A DNA stretch of 64,000 nucleotides from Chiloscyllium plagiosum (Eukaryota), in assembly GCF_004010195.1 (NCBI RefSeq), contig NC_057754.1, forward strand, positions 9,381,524 through 9,445,523, read 5' to 3'. Position 1 is the stretch's first letter. Each line of letters begins with the position of its first letter. Both the position numbers and the translations under genes were made by a program. The notes beneath the pieces were generated by a model. The model did no database searches and had not been told where the DNA came from. It saw only the letters and a list, made by a program, of their open reading frames with translations. Below are positions 61,851 to 64,000 of the stretch, in pieces.

Positions 61851-62729
61851 TCACTTGTGAATTCGCTGGTGTGTCAGGCAGGAGGATGACTGTGTGAAAG
61901 CCTTCCCACACACAGAGCAGGTGTATGGTCTCTCCCCAGTGTGAACTCGCTGGTGTATCAGCAGATCCTTTTTGCATTTAAAGGTCTTTTCACAGTCAGA
62001 GCACTGGAAAGGCCTATGGTCGGTATGAACAAGTTGATGTGTCAGAAGGTGGGATGATCGAGTAAATCCCTTTCCACATATGGAACAGATGAACGGCCTC
62101 TCCCCAGTGTGAACACGCTGGTGTATCAGTAGGTCAGATGAATTGGTGAATCCTTTCCCACACAAGGTACAGGAGAACGGTCTCTCCCCAGTGTGAATGC
62201 GGTGATGTGTCAGCAGTTTGGATGGTCGATTAAATCCTTTCCCACAGATAAAGCAGGTGAACGCACTCTCCCCAGTGTGAGTGCGCTGGTGTTTCAGAAA
62301 TCTGGACAGTCGGTTAAATCCTTCCCCACAGAAGGTACAGGAGAATGGACTTTCCCTCGTGTGAATTTGCTGGTGTTTCAGCAGGTAGGACGACTGAGTG
62401 AATCCCTTCCCACACACAGAGCAGGTGAAAGGCCTCTCTCCACTGTGAGTTTGCTGATGCCTCAGAAAGTTCGACGACTGACTAATTGCCTTCCCACAGA
62501 CAGAGCAAATGAGTGAACTTTGCTCCGTGTGAAGTTGCTTGTGTCTGAGAAGGTTGGATGAATGAGTGAAGCCCTTCCCGCACACAGAGCACGTAAATGG
62601 CCTCTCTCCAGTGTGGCTGCGTTGGTGAATTTCCAGTTTCGATGGGGAACTGAATCCCTTCCCACAATCGCCACATTTCCACGGCTTCTCCGCGGTGCTG
62701 GTGTCCTCGTGTCTCTCCAGGTTGGATGA
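61851..62729 (-). CDS. C2H2 zinc-finger array (10 fingers); 292-codon open frame with no ATG, gene or young pseudogene
   Basis: Frame is open from just after TGA (62732-62730) to the stop at 61851: [26 protein letters not shown]...; acceptor TTTTGTAG| with exon start at 62933. Confidence 0.7.
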   Translation of the reverse strand, partial: SSNLERHEDTSTAEKPWKCGDCGKGFSSPSKLEIHQRSHTGERPFTCSVCGKGFTHSSNLLRHKQLHTEQSSLICSVCGKAISQSSNFLRHQQTHSGERPFTCSVCGKGFTQSSYLLKHQQIHTRESPFSCTFCGEGFNRLSRFLKHQRTHTGESAFTCFICGKGFNRPSKLLTHHRIHTGERPFSCTLCGKGFTNSSDLLIHQRVHTGERPFICSICGKGFTRSSHLLTHQLVHTDHRPFQCSDCEKTFKCKKDLLIHQRVHTGERPYTCSVCGKAFTQSSSCLTHQRIHK

Positions 62730-63064
62730 TCAATTCACACCTCCTCCCCACACAGTTTCTCCAACTGTGAGTGCTGTGATGTTTCTTCAGACTTTGCAAT
62801 CAGTTAAAACATTGCTCCTTGAATATCAAATGTTCAGTGATACACAGTCACTGCTGCACTGAGTGAATCGGTCAGATTTTGATGGGATATTTGGTTTGAG
62901 ATTCGTATCTGCAAAGTCTTCCTTCCAAAAATCCTACAAAAGGAGTTTACAAAAGTCAGTTCAGGATAGAAATACAGAACAGCGAATTTGAGATTTTAAC
63001 CACTTTATCATGCTAATGGTGTGTGGGTGTCACAGGTAAGGCCAGTAATTGTTGTCCATTCTAA

Positions 63065-63378
63065 CAGATTAGATTAGATTAGATTACTTACAGTGTGGAA
63101 ACAGGTCCTTCGGCCCAACAAGTCCACACCGACCTGCCCACACATTCCCCTACATTTACCCCTTCACCTAACACTACGGGCAATTTAGCATGGCCAATTC
63201 ACCTAACCTGCACATTTTTGGACTGTGGGAGGAAACCAGTGCACCTGGAGGAAATCCACACAGACAAGGGGAGAATGTGTGGAGTTTGCACAGTCAGTCA
63301 GTTGCCTGAGGTGGGAATTGAACCCGATCTCTGGTGCTATGAGGCAGCAGTGCTAACTGCTGTGCCACCGTGCCGCCC
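63065..63378 (-). mobile_element. Full-length HE1-type SINE
   Basis: Same structure as 48583-48912. Confidence 0.9.
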
Positions 63379-64000
63379 CGGGCAGAGGAGTTGGTATGTG
63401 TAAAGTTGTAAAATGTGGAAAGCATTGAACGGTCCCTTTAAAAGATGTTTTTTTTCCTGTTCTTAGCATTAAAACTGATTTGTAGCAGCAGTCTGAGTTT
63501 GCTAGTACACAGAGCACTCAGATTGAAACATTTCATATCAAAAGATCGAGCAGAAGCTTTATCAAGGCAACAGGTTTTGAATTTAGCCAATCAATTTAAA
63601 TCAGGCCCTTAGCTACCAAAAACTCATTAAATTTAAATCTGATGGTTTTGACAACCGAGGACCAATCTGACTGTAAAAATCGATAGGTCATCAAGGCTAT
63701 AAAAGGAGGGAGCAGTTGAAAAATTGGCAGAGCTAACTGCCATCTGCCAGAGTTAACAGCTCTCAGCTCTTAGAGAAAGCACCATCCATATACCACGGTA
63801 CTGCGGCACATCATCTATAGTCCTGACAGAACAATCTACAGAGAAAGCACTCCTGCCAGAGAGAGCTTGATGGAAGAAAGCACAGAAAATTCCAGAAGAC
63901 ACGTAATCTGGCTGTAATTTCAAGAGACTAAATTATGGGGTTTTTTTGTATATGAGTGGAATTCTTATTTATTGGTACAGCATACCATAAGTGTCTTGTT

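Noticed and set aside
1-64000. CRISPR arrays or prokaryotic defence systems
   Set aside because: No regularly spaced repeat-spacer structure or operon-like gene density; the DNA is vertebrate.

Overview
Eukaryotic, repeat-saturated vertebrate DNA, almost certainly from a shark or other cartilaginous fish (HE1-type SINEs, HER1/CR1 LINEs). It has two assembly gaps (2245-2510, 27140-27413). Most of the window is nested, decayed retroelements: CR1/HER1, Rex1-like, Deu-type SINEs, Penelope-like elements, a Gmr1-type Gypsy remnant and solo LTRs. There is also a pogo/Tigger-type MITE and a heavily decayed piggyBac transposase. Host content is (i) a cluster of KRAB-less C2H2 zinc-finger genes (two intact ORFs, one ATG-less open array, two pseudogenes), four of them apparently arranged as two divergent pairs around GC-rich promoters, and (ii) a decaying tRNA cluster (intact tRNA-Trp-CCA, a Trp pseudogene, and a Pro-like pseudogene with a 13-nt insert at the canonical intron site). 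The most striking signal is a dense set of short Penelope-derived inserts carrying minimal hammerhead ribozyme cores, many as fold-back structures with clear 10-18 bp target-site duplications; an RT-bearing relative is present in the same window. Repeat boundaries were set by eye and are approximate, and family names come from recalled motifs, not database searches.
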